A DNA stretch of 64,000 nt from Gammaproteobacteria bacterium (GTDB lineage: Bacteria; Pseudomonadota; Gammaproteobacteria; Natronospirales; REEB76), in NCBI GenBank assembly GCA_035691665.1, contig DASSIS010000007.1, positions 1,549 through 65,548 on the forward strand, given 5' to 3'. Of the stretch, positions 30,282 through 39,491 are shown one piece after another. The translations under genes and the position numbers were made by a program. The notes below the pieces were generated by a model. It was not told the origin of the DNA, did no database searches, and worked only from the letters and a program-made list of their open reading frames with translations. How positions within the stretch are numbered: position 1 is the stretch's first letter; every line of letters starts with the position of its first letter.

Positions 30282-30332
30282 CGCAGGATATGACCGGATG
30301 GCTGGGCGGCCCGCTCACGCGGGCCGCCCTTT

Positions 30333-32423
30333 TCATGCCCGCGGCCTGAAGAACGTGGCCCCGCTGCGCATCAGCTCCTCCACATGGGCGGCGGCCTGGG
30401 GGCGGGCGAACAGGAATCCCTGCCCCTGCTCGCAATCCAGGGTCTTCAGGAACTCCCATTGGGCCGCGGTCTCGACCCCTTCGGCGATCACCTGGATATT
30501 CAGGCTCTTCGCCAGCGCGATGATCGCCCGCATGATGGCCTGCTGGTGTTCGTCATGGGGCAGGTTGCTGACGAAGGCCCGGTCCACCTTGAGATAGTCC
30601 ACCCGGTACTGCCGCAGGTAATTCAGGGACGAGTAGCCGGTGCCGAAGTCGTCGATGGCGATCCCGACCCCGAGGTCGTGCAGGTTGTCGAACACCGCCC
30701 GGGTCCGCTCCGGGTTCTCCATCATGCTGCTCTCGGTGAGCTCCAGCACCAGGCTCCCGGGCAGCAAGCCGGTCTCGTCCAGGATGGACATGATCCGGTC
30801 CAGGAAGTCAGGTTGCCTAAGCTGGCGTGGCGAGATGTTCACCGCCATGTGCAGGTCCTGCAATCCCGCGTCCTGCCAGGCGCGCATCTGCAGGCAGGCG
30901 CTCTTCAACACCCATTCCCCGAGCCGGACGATGTGCCCGGTCTCTTCCGCCACCGGGATGAAGCGCGCGGGCGGGATCAGTCCCAGTTCCGGATGCTGCC
31001 AGCGCAGCAGCGCCTCAGCGCCGCTGATGCTGCCGCTGTAGAGGTCGAAATACGGTTGGTAGTGCAGGAACAGCTCTCCGTGCTCCATCGCTTGCCGCAG
31101 ACCCGTGGCGAGGCGCAGTGATTCGCTCGTGTCCGTCTCGCCGCCGCTGAAGCATTCGATGCTGCCGGCGCCGCGCCGCATGGCCGCGTGCATGGCATGG
31201 CCGGCGTGCCGGAAGAGCATCTGGGCATCCTGGTCGGGGGGCGCGGTGGCGATGCCGATGCTGGCCGAGAGATAGAGGTTCTGCTCGGCGGCCGGCAAGG
31301 GCGCTTCCAGGCCGGCGAGGATGCTCTGCGCCATCTCCACCGCCTCGCTCCGGGCACCGATCTTCGGCAGCAGCACGCCGAAGCCATCGCTGCCGAGATG
31401 GAAGGCTTCGCCCCAGCCCGCCACCGTCTCCTGCAGCCGATGGGCGAGCTTGCGCAGCACTTCGTCGCCTACCGCCGTGCTGAAGGTGCTGTTCACCAGG
31501 GCGAAGTTGTCGATGTCGAGATAGAGCAGCGCCATGGGCGTCTTGGCCGTTCCCGCGTGCTGTACTGCCTGGGCCAGCCGGCGCATCAGCATGAACCGGT
31601 TGGGGAGGCCGGTCAGGGAATCGTGGCTGGCGAGGAACGCCAGGCGGTCCTCGTAGGCGCGAAGCTGCGTCATGTCGGTGATGACCGCCACGTAATGGTT
31701 GAGTTGCCCGCGCTTGTCGCGCACCGCGCTCAGGCTCGCGAGCTCCGTGAAACCGCCGCCGTCGTGCCGCAGGTCCTGCAGCTCGCCGCGCCAATGCCCG
31801 TCGGTGCCGACCGCGCGCAATATCTCCTTGCGCGCCACGGCCGGCAGCGCTTCTTCCCGCAGTCCATGCGGGACCCTGCCGATCAGCGCTGCTTCGTCAT
31901 GCCCGGTGATGCCGAGATAGGCCCGGTTGACCGAGATCACATTGAGATCCCGATCCAGGATCAGGATGCCCTCCGCGATGTTCTCCAGCACCTGGGAGGC
32001 GAGATCGAGCCCCTCCTCCGTACTGGCTGCACCTTGCAGCAGTCCCGTCCGGGGCGCCGCCGTCTGCATGAAGCCGAGCAGCTGGCGGCGCGATCCCATC
32101 TGCATGCGTTCCACATGGATGTCCACGAGCGTCCCGCCATGCGCTCCGCCCTCCAGCGCCGCGACGAAACCGCTGTTGCCGGTCTTCTCCGCCTCGACGA
32201 GCGCCGCCCGGATCTTCTCCTTGTCCTGCGCGGCGAAGCGCTGGGCGAGCGCACCGCCGGTGCGGGTGCGTGCCCCGCTCACGGGGTGTTGCCAGAAGCC
32301 GGTGACGCCCGCGGTATCGCAGACGAACACGAGCTTCGCCACCGCCAGTGGCGGCGCGACGTGCCGGCTTTGGGTCTTCTTCTTGCGCAAGGGTCCGCAC
32401 CTTCCGTAGCCCCACTCCGACAA
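30333..32423 (-). CDS. PAS - degenerate GGDEF - EAL protein (likely c-di-GMP phosphodiesterase)
   Basis: 696 aa; PAS (ENIAEGILILDRD), GGDEF site reads HLGSDGFGV, EAL intact (EALLRWQHPE, DDFGTGYSSL, AEGVET). Confidence 0.85.
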   Translation of the reverse strand: MSEWGYGRCGPLRKKKTQSRHVAPPLAVAKLVFVCDTAGVTGFWQHPVSGARTRTGGALAQRFAAQDKEKIRAALVEAEKTGNSGFVAALEGGAHGGTLVDIHVERMQMGSRRQLLGFMQTAAPRTGLLQGAASTEEGLDLASQVLENIAEGILILDRDLNVISVNRAYLGITGHDEAALIGRVPHGLREEALPAVARKEILRAVGTDGHWRGELQDLRHDGGGFTELASLSAVRDKRGQLNHYVAVITDMTQLRAYEDRLAFLASHDSLTGLPNRFMLMRRLAQAVQHAGTAKTPMALLYLDIDNFALVNSTFSTAVGDEVLRKLAHRLQETVAGWGEAFHLGSDGFGVLLPKIGARSEAVEMAQSILAGLEAPLPAAEQNLYLSASIGIATAPPDQDAQMLFRHAGHAMHAAMRRGAGSIECFSGGETDTSESLRLATGLRQAMEHGELFLHYQPYFDLYSGSISGAEALLRWQHPELGLIPPARFIPVAEETGHIVRLGEWVLKSACLQMRAWQDAGLQDLHMAVNISPRQLRQPDFLDRIMSILDETGLLPGSLVLELTESSMMENPERTRAVFDNLHDLGVGIAIDDFGTGYSSLNYLRQYRVDYLKVDRAFVSNLPHDEHQQAIMRAIIALAKSLNIQVIAEGVETAAQWEFLKTLDCEQGQGFLFARPQAAAHVEELMRSGATFFRPRA

Positions 32424-32576
32424 GGGGCGCCTTTGGGGATGCCGTCCGAATTATGGGTTTTAAAACCCACGCAGGAGTATAGACAGTTGCACGCCACGCA
32501 CAATAGCCGTGCGCAAAAATGCAGCGCCCGCCTTAGGAGGCGGGCGCTGGATAAAAACTCACCAACCCGGCGGCGA

Positions 32577-33614
32577 TCAAGGTTGCGGTGTTGCACCCTT
32601 GCCGCTGGCGAAATCCAACACCGTGCTTTGGATATCGCTCTGCAGATACTGGCTCACCTGATCCATGAGCCGCTGCTGGGCGAGGTTCGGATCGGAGCCC
32701 GAGACCTTGATGTCCCAGCGCCGTACGCCGTGCGCACGGCTGTCGGTGCCGCTCAGGCTCACCTGCAGGGTGCCCGTGATCCAGTACCAGCCGCCCTGGG
32801 GGACGAGCTGCGTGTAGTCCAGGCTCGCGGTCAGGGTGTAAGGCGCCGCATCCATCACCGTGAACCCGGCATCCGCGAGCGAACCGGCCAGCACCTTCTT
32901 CACGGCATCCGCATCCCGGCCGTCCGCGGCCGCCGAGATCTGCAACTGCTTGAGCAGCGCCGCGCGGTCCGCCTGGAGCTTGCTGAGGGGCCAGGGCGGC
33001 GCGATGCCCTGCCCCGTCACGTCCACCACCTGGAGTTCTTTCTGCAGGCCCGCGCGGGTCTGCTGGGCATCCACGGCCTGCCCGGCCGCCGCGATCTTGT
33101 CGAAGAGATCGGTGCTCGCCTGGGCGTTGTTGAGATAGGCACGGGTCCCTGCGTCGAGGTCCGTGACCTGCTGGCGCAGGGAAGTGTCCGCCTTCGCCCG
33201 GGAGAGGGTCGCCAATGCGTAATAGATGTGCGTCTGCGGATCCTGCCAGGTATCGGAGATCTCCACGCCCTGCAGTATCGCGTCGGTGCGGGTGCTGATG
33301 TTGCGGCTCACGTCCAGGGTGTTCTTCATCACCGGTGCCGGTCCCGCGTTGCTCTGGGAATAGGACGAGACGTCGGAGGACTGCTCGCTCACGTTCACCG
33401 AGAACACCTTGGCGAGGTCCGTGCGCGCGCGGTCCTTGGCCACGGCCATGTCGTCCGCTTCGCCCCGGCCGGTGAGATAGGAGGTGGCCGGATAGGTGCC
33501 GCTGTTGCCCGTCACCCAGTCGGGTCTCGGGTTCATGGGCTTGCTGGCGGCGCAGGCCGCCAGCAAGAGCGGCAGCGCCAATGACAGGATGCGTGTCGGT
33601 GTGTTCACGTGCAT
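32577..33614 (-). CDS. LPP20 family lipoprotein with C-terminal extension
   Basis: Lipobox LLLAACAAS; PDWV..YLTGRGEADDMAVAKDRARTDLAKVF LPP20 signature. Confidence 0.7.
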   Translation of the reverse strand: MHVNTPTRILSLALPLLLAACAASKPMNPRPDWVTGNSGTYPATSYLTGRGEADDMAVAKDRARTDLAKVFSVNVSEQSSDVSSYSQSNAGPAPVMKNTLDVSRNISTRTDAILQGVEISDTWQDPQTHIYYALATLSRAKADTSLRQQVTDLDAGTRAYLNNAQASTDLFDKIAAAGQAVDAQQTRAGLQKELQVVDVTGQGIAPPWPLSKLQADRAALLKQLQISAAADGRDADAVKKVLAGSLADAGFTVMDAAPYTLTASLDYTQLVPQGGWYWITGTLQVSLSGTDSRAHGVRRWDIKVSGSDPNLAQQRLMDQVSQYLQSDIQSTVLDFASGKGATPQP

Positions 33615-33621
33615 ACCCTCT

Positions 33622-34956
33622 CTAGTGGAATGAAGCCCATTCCAGCGAGGCGAAAGTGATCTGCCCCGGCCGGATAGTGATGCCCTTCAGGAAGCGCTGC
33701 GCACCCGGCTGCCCATAGGCGCCCTGTAGCTGCACTGCCGCGTCATAGGTGCCGGGAGCGAGTCTCAGGCGTGCGATCTGGATGTTGTCAGGCAGTGTCT
33801 CCCAGAGGCGCACGTCCGCCTGGTCCGCCGCCGAGCTTATCAGGCTCGTGAGGCTGCCGAGTCCCGGGCTGTTCCGGTCCATCTTCTCGGCGACGATCTC
33901 CCGCGCCACGTTGCGCGAGAACTCGGCCGCGAGCAGGCCGGGCCGGTCGGCGGCGAGCTGCTGGGCGGCATCCGCCGCCACGTTAGCCACCTGCTCTGTG
34001 CGCACCATGCTGCCCGCGACCGTGATCACGGCATCGGACACCGCCGGCTGGCGCCGCGTCAGCACCGGCAGCGACACACTGTAGTAATGCCCGTTCACCG
34101 GGTTGGGCAGGATCTGGCTCACCGCGGTCTTCTTGGGGGCGAGGCCGTCGTTGAAGATGAACAGCAATTGGCCTTGGGGGTCCGGTGTCGTCACCGGCGG
34201 CCAATCCGTGAGCCCGAAGGCGGCCTTGTATTTGTCGCGTTCGTCGTTGAGCCCGAGGTAATCCGCGAAGCGGCACAGGCTGAGCTTGAGATCGGCCGGT
34301 ATCGCCGCGTCGGCGTAGCCCGAAGCCTTGTAGGCCTGGTAAGCCTTGCGATAGGAGATCATCGCGTCGCTGTACTCCCCCAGGTCCTCGTACACGAGCC
34401 CGGTGAAGTAACGCGGGAAGGCGTCCCCGCCGTCAGGTGCGGCATCGCTGCCGGGATAGAGCCGTTTCAGGAGATCGTCGATCTGCAGGGCCTCCACCCG
34501 GGCGCCGTCCGGCTGTCCCATCTCCAGGTAGTTCATCCCCTGGAAGACGTGCGCCAACAGGCGTTCGTACAGCGGCGCCTCGTAGGCCCGCAGGTTCTCC
34601 GAGAAAGTCAGCGCCGCCGCCGTCTCCGTCACGCTGGTCGCCTCCAGATAGGTCATGAGCGGCTTCGCCTGCTCGAAGGCCTGCACGCTGCCCGGGTAGT
34701 CGCCGGCCATGCGCAGCACCATCGCCTTGTTCAGCAGATACAGCACCTGGTCCTTGCCGCCGGAGATCTTCTCCAGCGACTTCAGCGCGGCCTGGGGCTG
34801 CTGCGCCGCCAGGTCCTGGTCCACCTGCTGCATCGCATCCATGTAGGTGATCGCGCAGCCGGTGAGCGCCGCTAACGCCGTGGCCAGGCACAAGCCGCGT
34901 CCATGCCGCCGGCACGCCGCCGCGCCGCGGCGGACAGCCCGGTGCAGACCCCTCAC
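33622..34956 (-). CDS. TPR-like lipoprotein (COG3014-like, unknown function)
   Basis: Lipobox AALTGCA; helical-repeat N-terminal half; conserved neighbour of LPP20/LpoB-like genes. Confidence 0.5.
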   Translation of the reverse strand: MRGLHRAVRRGAAACRRHGRGLCLATALAALTGCAITYMDAMQQVDQDLAAQQPQAALKSLEKISGGKDQVLYLLNKAMVLRMAGDYPGSVQAFEQAKPLMTYLEATSVTETAAALTFSENLRAYEAPLYERLLAHVFQGMNYLEMGQPDGARVEALQIDDLLKRLYPGSDAAPDGGDAFPRYFTGLVYEDLGEYSDAMISYRKAYQAYKASGYADAAIPADLKLSLCRFADYLGLNDERDKYKAAFGLTDWPPVTTPDPQGQLLFIFNDGLAPKKTAVSQILPNPVNGHYYSVSLPVLTRRQPAVSDAVITVAGSMVRTEQVANVAADAAQQLAADRPGLLAAEFSRNVAREIVAEKMDRNSPGLGSLTSLISSAADQADVRLWETLPDNIQIARLRLAPGTYDAAVQLQGAYGQPGAQRFLKGITIRPGQITFASLEWASFH

Positions 34957-34970
34957 CTACCTATGTCCCG

Positions 34971-35576
34971 TCAGGGGCGCACGCTGCCGTTCGTGACCAC
35001 CTTCTTGATCTTCTGCTGGCCCACCCAGGCGATCACGTTGTTGTGCATGTTCACGAGCCTCAGGTCCACCTGGTAGTACTTCGCCGCGGTCTTTCCGGCC
35101 GCGTCGATGATGGTGTTGATGGTGCCCTGCATCATGTAGTCGGCGCCGATCTCCTGGCCCATGGCGCTGCGGGTCGCGCTGGTGGCGTTCAGGTCCTGGT
35201 CCTGGCGTTCCGCGCGGACGTCACCGCGTTGGTCGGAAGAGGCCACGAACTGCACCTTGCCCGAGTTGATCAGCTCGCGCTGGATGTCGTCGATGAAGGT
35301 CGAGGTGCTGATGTGCTCGGAGCTGAGGTTGCGGATCTCGCCCACGATCACCGTCGGCTGCTTGCCGCCGTTGCCGCCTTCGTACTGCCCGAGCCAGGGG
35401 TCCCCCAGCATCTGGCCGATCATCGTCTGCGCCGTCATGTTCGCATCCGTGTCGTTCCAAAAGCCGCTGATGTCCGTCACCTGGTCGGCGGAGACGCGCT
35501 GCACCTCAGGCATGCTGGAGCAGGCGACGAGCGTCGCGGCGCCGGCCGCGGCGAGGATGAGTTTCAGGTTCTGCAT
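34971..35576 (-). CDS. LpoB-like (COG3417) outer-membrane lipoprotein
   Basis: Lipobox ATLVACSS; ..VIVGEIRNLSSEHI..LINSGKVQFVAS..IGADYMMQGTI..YYQVDLRLVNMHNNVIAW matches the LpoB C-terminal domain layout. Confidence 0.65.
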   Translation of the reverse strand: MQNLKLILAAAGAATLVACSSMPEVQRVSADQVTDISGFWNDTDANMTAQTMIGQMLGDPWLGQYEGGNGGKQPTVIVGEIRNLSSEHISTSTFIDDIQRELINSGKVQFVASSDQRGDVRAERQDQDLNATSATRSAMGQEIGADYMMQGTINTIIDAAGKTAAKYYQVDLRLVNMHNNVIAWVGQQKIKKVVTNGSVRP

Positions 35577-36145
35577 TTATGGTCTCCCTGGGTCATGCCG
35601 TCGAACAGGTTGTCGGCGTGGCTGTTGAAGTAATCGCGGAAACCCTCGTTCATGTCCTTGGAATTGGCCACCATGTCCTTGACCTGCTTCATGTCGAGCT
35701 CCGCCAGGCTCCATACCGAGCCGGTCTTGGGGTCGGCCCAGCGCGCGATGATACGGGCGCCGCTCACGTTCTGATCGGTGATGTTCTGGATCTGGCGCGA
35801 GACAGACTCTTGGGTCTGCTGGTCCTGGCCGGAGCCGGCCGCGGCCGAGTAGTCCTGCGAGACCACGTGCATGAAGGAAGACAGCACGCGGGCCACTTCG
35901 GCGCGGGCCCGGTCATCCGCGGTGGACTGCTGCAGCGACTGGTCGTTCATGCCGGGTGCGGACCCGATGCCGTGTATCAGCTTCCCGTTCTGGTCGTCCA
36001 GGGCCTGGCTGCCCTTGTTGACCCAGTCCGGAGCACCCTTGATGCCGAGGTTGCTCTCGACCGTGGTGCGGCTGGAACAGGCCGTCAGCGAGCCGAACGC
36101 GAGCAACACAGCTCCAAGATAGGCGACATATTTCGCGGATTTCAT
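35564..36145 (-). CDS. LPP20 family lipoprotein
   Basis: MKSAKYVAYLGAVLLAFGSLTACSS; PDWVNKG..IHGIGSAP..ADDRARAEVARVLSSF; start set at ATG 36145 behind GGAG. Confidence 0.7.
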   Translation of the reverse strand: MKSAKYVAYLGAVLLAFGSLTACSSRTTVESNLGIKGAPDWVNKGSQALDDQNGKLIHGIGSAPGMNDQSLQQSTADDRARAEVARVLSSFMHVVSQDYSAAAGSGQDQQTQESVSRQIQNITDQNVSGARIIARWADPKTGSVWSLAELDMKQVKDMVANSKDMNEGFRDYFNSHADNLFDGMTQGDHKCRT

Positions 36146-36373
36146 GTGAATCTCCATTCCCTCAAGGGTAAAGACCGGGTCCGATGCACATATGCTACGT
36201 CAGTGCCGTCTACAAGGCACATTACAAACGTCACGCCCAGGCGTGAAGCGGGTTCTCAAGGCGCAAGATACAGCCACCCCTGGCCGGCTTGGTGTCGAAG
36301 TGTAAAACGCTTTCGGCCGGCACCGGTGCACATGCCCCTGTCGCCGCGTGTCGCGGGGGGTTATCCTGTCTGC

Positions 36374-36766
36374 ATGGACAAGATGCGCGGTTTCCTGCTG
36401 GTTACCATCGCCGCCCTCGCGGGTTGCTCGCTTTTTTCCGTGGATGACCACGCCAATGCGCTCAAGATCGCCGTGCAGGACGATCAGACCTGCGCGGCGA
36501 GCGGGGCCAAATACCCCGATCCGCGCTACGTCGACTGCCGCATGCAGTTGCAGGACGACCGGCTCCATCAGGCTTGGCTCAACATGCAGCTCATGCGCCA
36601 GAGCGCCGCCAGTCAGCCTAATCAGGTCCCGCCGCCCTACACGGGCCATGAGCTCTACCACCCGCTGAACCCGCAGTACTTCAGCTGCCAAGCCGCCACC
36701 GAAGACAAACGCGACTACATCCTGTGCGCTGAAGATGAAAAAGCCGAAAACGCCGGCAAGGGCTGA
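36374..36766 (+). CDS. small Cys-containing lipoprotein, unknown function
   Basis: MDKMRGFLLVTIAALAGCSLF lipobox; start trimmed from a 395-aa antisense-extended track ORF. Confidence 0.5.
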   Translation: MDKMRGFLLVTIAALAGCSLFSVDDHANALKIAVQDDQTCAASGAKYPDPRYVDCRMQLQDDRLHQAWLNMQLMRQSAASQPNQVPPPYTGHELYHPLNPQYFSCQAATEDKRDYILCAEDEKAENAGKG

Positions 36767-37082
36767 CCCCGCCGAGACCCTCTACAGCCGTATCTACGCC
36801 GCTGTCCGCAAGATCCCCAAGGGCCGTGTCACGAGCTACGGTGAGGTCGCCCGCCTCGTACGGGCCCCCACCCCGCGGGTGGTCGGCTATGCCATGGCCG
36901 CCTTGAGACCCGGCACCAGCGTCCCCTGGCAGCGGGTCGTGAACCACAAAGGCGAGATCAGCCTTCGCAAGGGTGGGGATGGCGAGATACGCCAGCGGCG
37001 CCTTCTGGAAGCCGAAGGCGTCCGCTTCGATCTCAAGGGACGCATCAACCTCAAGGTCTACGGCTGGCCCAAGGCCAAATAA
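36735..37082 (+). CDS. MGMT-family DNA-binding protein lacking the PCHR site (Atl/YbaZ-like)
   Basis: IYAAVRKIPKGRVTSYGEVARLV..PRVVGYAMA....VPWQRVVN; the usual PCHRVV reads PWQRVV. Confidence 0.7.
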   Translation: MKKPKTPARADPAETLYSRIYAAVRKIPKGRVTSYGEVARLVRAPTPRVVGYAMAALRPGTSVPWQRVVNHKGEISLRKGGDGEIRQRRLLEAEGVRFDLKGRINLKVYGWPKAK

Positions 37083-37121
37083 GCTACTTTCGAGTGTTTC
37101 GCTGCTCTTGAATATTGCTAT

Positions 37122-37168
37122 TGTGTACTTTATACTACTATCAAATGCACAGTATTGGGTAGTACACA
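37122..37168. promoter_or_regulatory. inverted repeat, candidate PadR operator
   Basis: TGTGTACT (37122-37129) ... AGTACACA (37161-37168), plus nested TACTAC/GTAGTA, directly abutting the GTG start of the PadR gene. Confidence 0.4.
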
Positions 37169-37549
37169 GTGGCCCAGGACCAAGACGAGAACCAGCAGGC
37201 CCAGCAGCGTAAGTTCCAGAAGGAGCTCAACGCCGGCATCGTCTCCTTGGTCCTCCTCTCCATCCTCGCCGCTGCCCGTGAGCCCCTCTATGGCTACCAG
37301 ATAGCCAAGCAGCTGGAACGGGATGGGGACAGCAACGCCATCATGAAGCAGGGCACCCTCTACCCCGTGCTCCGTGCCCTCTGCGCCGGCGGTTTCCTCG
37401 ACAGCAAGGTCGAGCCTTCCGTCTCCGGCCCCCCGCGCCGCTATTACCACATCACCGAGGCGGGCCGCGAAGTGCTCGCCCAGTGGAAGACCGCCTGGGT
37501 CAGCACCCGGGATTTCGTTGATTCAATCCTCAGGGGATCGCCGTCATGA
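37169..37549 (+). CDS. PadR family transcriptional regulator
   Basis: LVLLSILAAAREPLYGYQIAKQLE..GTLYPVLRAL..GFL winged-helix PadR signature. Confidence 0.85.
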   Translation: MAQDQDENQQAQQRKFQKELNAGIVSLVLLSILAAAREPLYGYQIAKQLERDGDSNAIMKQGTLYPVLRALCAGGFLDSKVEPSVSGPPRRYYHITEAGREVLAQWKTAWVSTRDFVDSILRGSPS

Positions 37550-38451
37550 CCAAACCCGTGCCTCGCAGCGTCCAGGAATACCTGGACCAGCTCCGCGCCG
37601 AACTCGCCGGAGCGGACCCCGCCCTCATCCAGGACGCGCTCTACGACGCGGAGGAATACCTGCGCGGCGAGCTCCACGAGCACCCGGAGAAGACCGAGGA
37701 GCAGGTGCTCGCCGCCATCGCCACCACCTACGGCGCCCCCGAGGAAGTGGCGGAGGCCTATCGCGCCACCGAAGTGAAGGTGCAGCAGGCCCTGCGCACC
37801 CCGCGTCCCAAGAAGAGCGAATCCCTGCTGGGCAAGTTCTTCGGCGTGTTCAAGGATCCGCGCGCCTACACCGCCCTCTTCTATATGTTGCTGTCCCTCG
37901 CCACCGGCATCTTCTACTTCGTCTGGACCGTGACCGGCATGGCCCTCTCCATCGGCTTCATGGTCCTCATCGTCGGCATCCCCTTCCTGCTGCTCTACCT
38001 CGGCAGCATCCGGCTCCTGTCCCTGGTGGAAGGCCGCCTGGTGGAAGTGCTGCTCGGCGTGCGCATGCCGCGCCGGCCGGTGCATCCGGGGGATGTCGAC
38101 TCCCGGACGCTCAAGCAGCGCATCAAGGAGATGTTCACCGATCCCCGCACCTGGAGCACCATCTTGTACGTGTTCCTGAAGCTGCCCCTCGGTGTCATCT
38201 ATTTTTCCATCGCTGTGGCCTTGCTGAGCGCCTCTCTCGGCATGATCAGCGCCCCCATCCAGGACCTGTTCCCTCATATGGGCCTGCTGTGGATCCAGTA
38301 TGACGATCAGCCGGCCTACGTCATGCCCTGGATACTCACCCCTCTCGTCAGCGCGCTGGGTGTGGTTTTGCTCACTTGCCTCATGCACATCGCCCGCGGC
38401 GTGGCATATTTCCACGGCCACTTGGCCAAGAGCCTCTTGGTCAAAGCTTGA
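37546..38451 (+). CDS. PadR-associated membrane protein (HAAS/DUF1700-like N-terminus + multi-TM sensor-like domain)
   Basis: YLDQLRAELAG.....DALYDAEEYL then 4-6 TM helices; ATGA-coupled to the PadR gene. Confidence 0.55.
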   Translation: MTKPVPRSVQEYLDQLRAELAGADPALIQDALYDAEEYLRGELHEHPEKTEEQVLAAIATTYGAPEEVAEAYRATEVKVQQALRTPRPKKSESLLGKFFGVFKDPRAYTALFYMLLSLATGIFYFVWTVTGMALSIGFMVLIVGIPFLLLYLGSIRLLSLVEGRLVEVLLGVRMPRRPVHPGDVDSRTLKQRIKEMFTDPRTWSTILYVFLKLPLGVIYFSIAVALLSASLGMISAPIQDLFPHMGLLWIQYDDQPAYVMPWILTPLVSALGVVLLTCLMHIARGVAYFHGHLAKSLLVKA

Positions 38452-38497
38452 TGGATGTGAGCGCGAGGTAGGGGCTGAAGGAGATTGACCGGCCGGA

Positions 38498-39055
38498 CTA
38501 GATCTTGCGGACGAGCTTATCCACCTTCGGACGGTCCTGTAGCCAGGTGAGCATGACCGTGAGGGTGCCGATGCGGCGCTTGTCATGCATCGTGTTCACC
38601 TCCTCGTCCGTATGGGCGGAGTCGATGGGGATCACCGTGTGCACGGATTCCTTGTTGCGCAGCAGGTATTCCACCTCGGAGTACTCCTCGCCCCCACTAT
38701 TGCCTGGGAACTTCACTTCGTACTCACCCGAGAGGGTGTCCCCGTGGGCGTCCGGCGGCGGGTGTAGCTTGTTGTAGCGGAAGAAAGGTGAAGACAGCAC
38801 CACGGAACGCCCCGTGTAATTGCGGAACTCCAGGTGCAGATAGGAAGGGTAGGTATGCCGCTTGTTACGCACGAAGCGGATGTTGAAGTTGAGGTTGCGG
38901 ACGCGCCGGCGGGGGAAGTAGAAGAACTTTAAGCCCAGGACGAAGGTGATCGCCAGGATCACGAACTGCGCGATGCTCCACACCCCGTAGTCGTTGGCCA
39001 TATGCAGGATGGCCAGGAACTGCTTGAGCTTGTCCAGCAAGGCCGAGTAATCCAC
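38498..39055 (-). CDS. hypothetical membrane-anchored protein at the prophage end
   Basis: 185 aa; one TM (WSIAQFVILAITFVLGLKFFYF) then soluble domain; lower GC than flanks; no motif recognised. Confidence 0.5.
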   Translation of the reverse strand: MDYSALLDKLKQFLAILHMANDYGVWSIAQFVILAITFVLGLKFFYFPRRRVRNLNFNIRFVRNKRHTYPSYLHLEFRNYTGRSVVLSSPFFRYNKLHPPPDAHGDTLSGEYEVKFPGNSGGEEYSEVEYLLRNKESVHTVIPIDSAHTDEEVNTMHDKRRIGTLTVMLTWLQDRPKVDKLVRKI

Positions 39056-39143
39056 GCCCTACCCCTTATCTTATGGTCCCGCCACTTCGCGTCGCGGGAA
39101 CCATAAACTACCTCATTTTCAGCCGGCTCGGGCGTTAAATCCG

Positions 39144-39491
39144 TCACTGATTCGAAAGGGTTTCCTTGAGCAGGCGATTCAGATGCGGCAGCAGTTCCGG
39201 GTTATCCCTGAACACCGCGGTCAGTCCCCAGGCCAGCGTCGTCACCACCCGTTCCTCCCGGGCCCGGGGCGGTATCCCGCCATGCTCCCAGATGCCATGC
39301 AAGGTCTCGTGGATCATCCCGTATACGGCTTCCTGCCCCTCGAGGTCTTCGGCGAGCTCGATGCGCCGGTCGTCGAACAGGATCTGGCCGTAGAGGCTCG
39401 GCAGCGCCTTGTATTCCACCCGGTATTGGGCCCGCCCGATCTTGAGCCGCTTCAGCAGGTTCAAGGTTGCCCCCGTATCCAGGCTTGGCAC
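39144..39491 (-). CDS. small HExxH protein (possible ImmA/IrrE-like metallopeptidase)
   Basis: 115 aa; ..RRIELAEDLEGQEAVYGMIHETLHGIWEHGG (HETLH). Confidence 0.4.
   Translation of the reverse strand: MPSLDTGATLNLLKRLKIGRAQYRVEYKALPSLYGQILFDDRRIELAEDLEGQEAVYGMIHETLHGIWEHGGIPPRAREERVVTTLAWGLTAVFRDNPELLPHLNRLLKETLSNQ

Noticed and set aside
31188-33584. 798-aa plus-strand ORF spanning two minus-strand genes
   Set aside because: It crosses the boundary between the PAS-GGDEF-EAL and LPP20 genes, has no motifs, and is Arg/Gly/His-rich. It is an antisense artefact.
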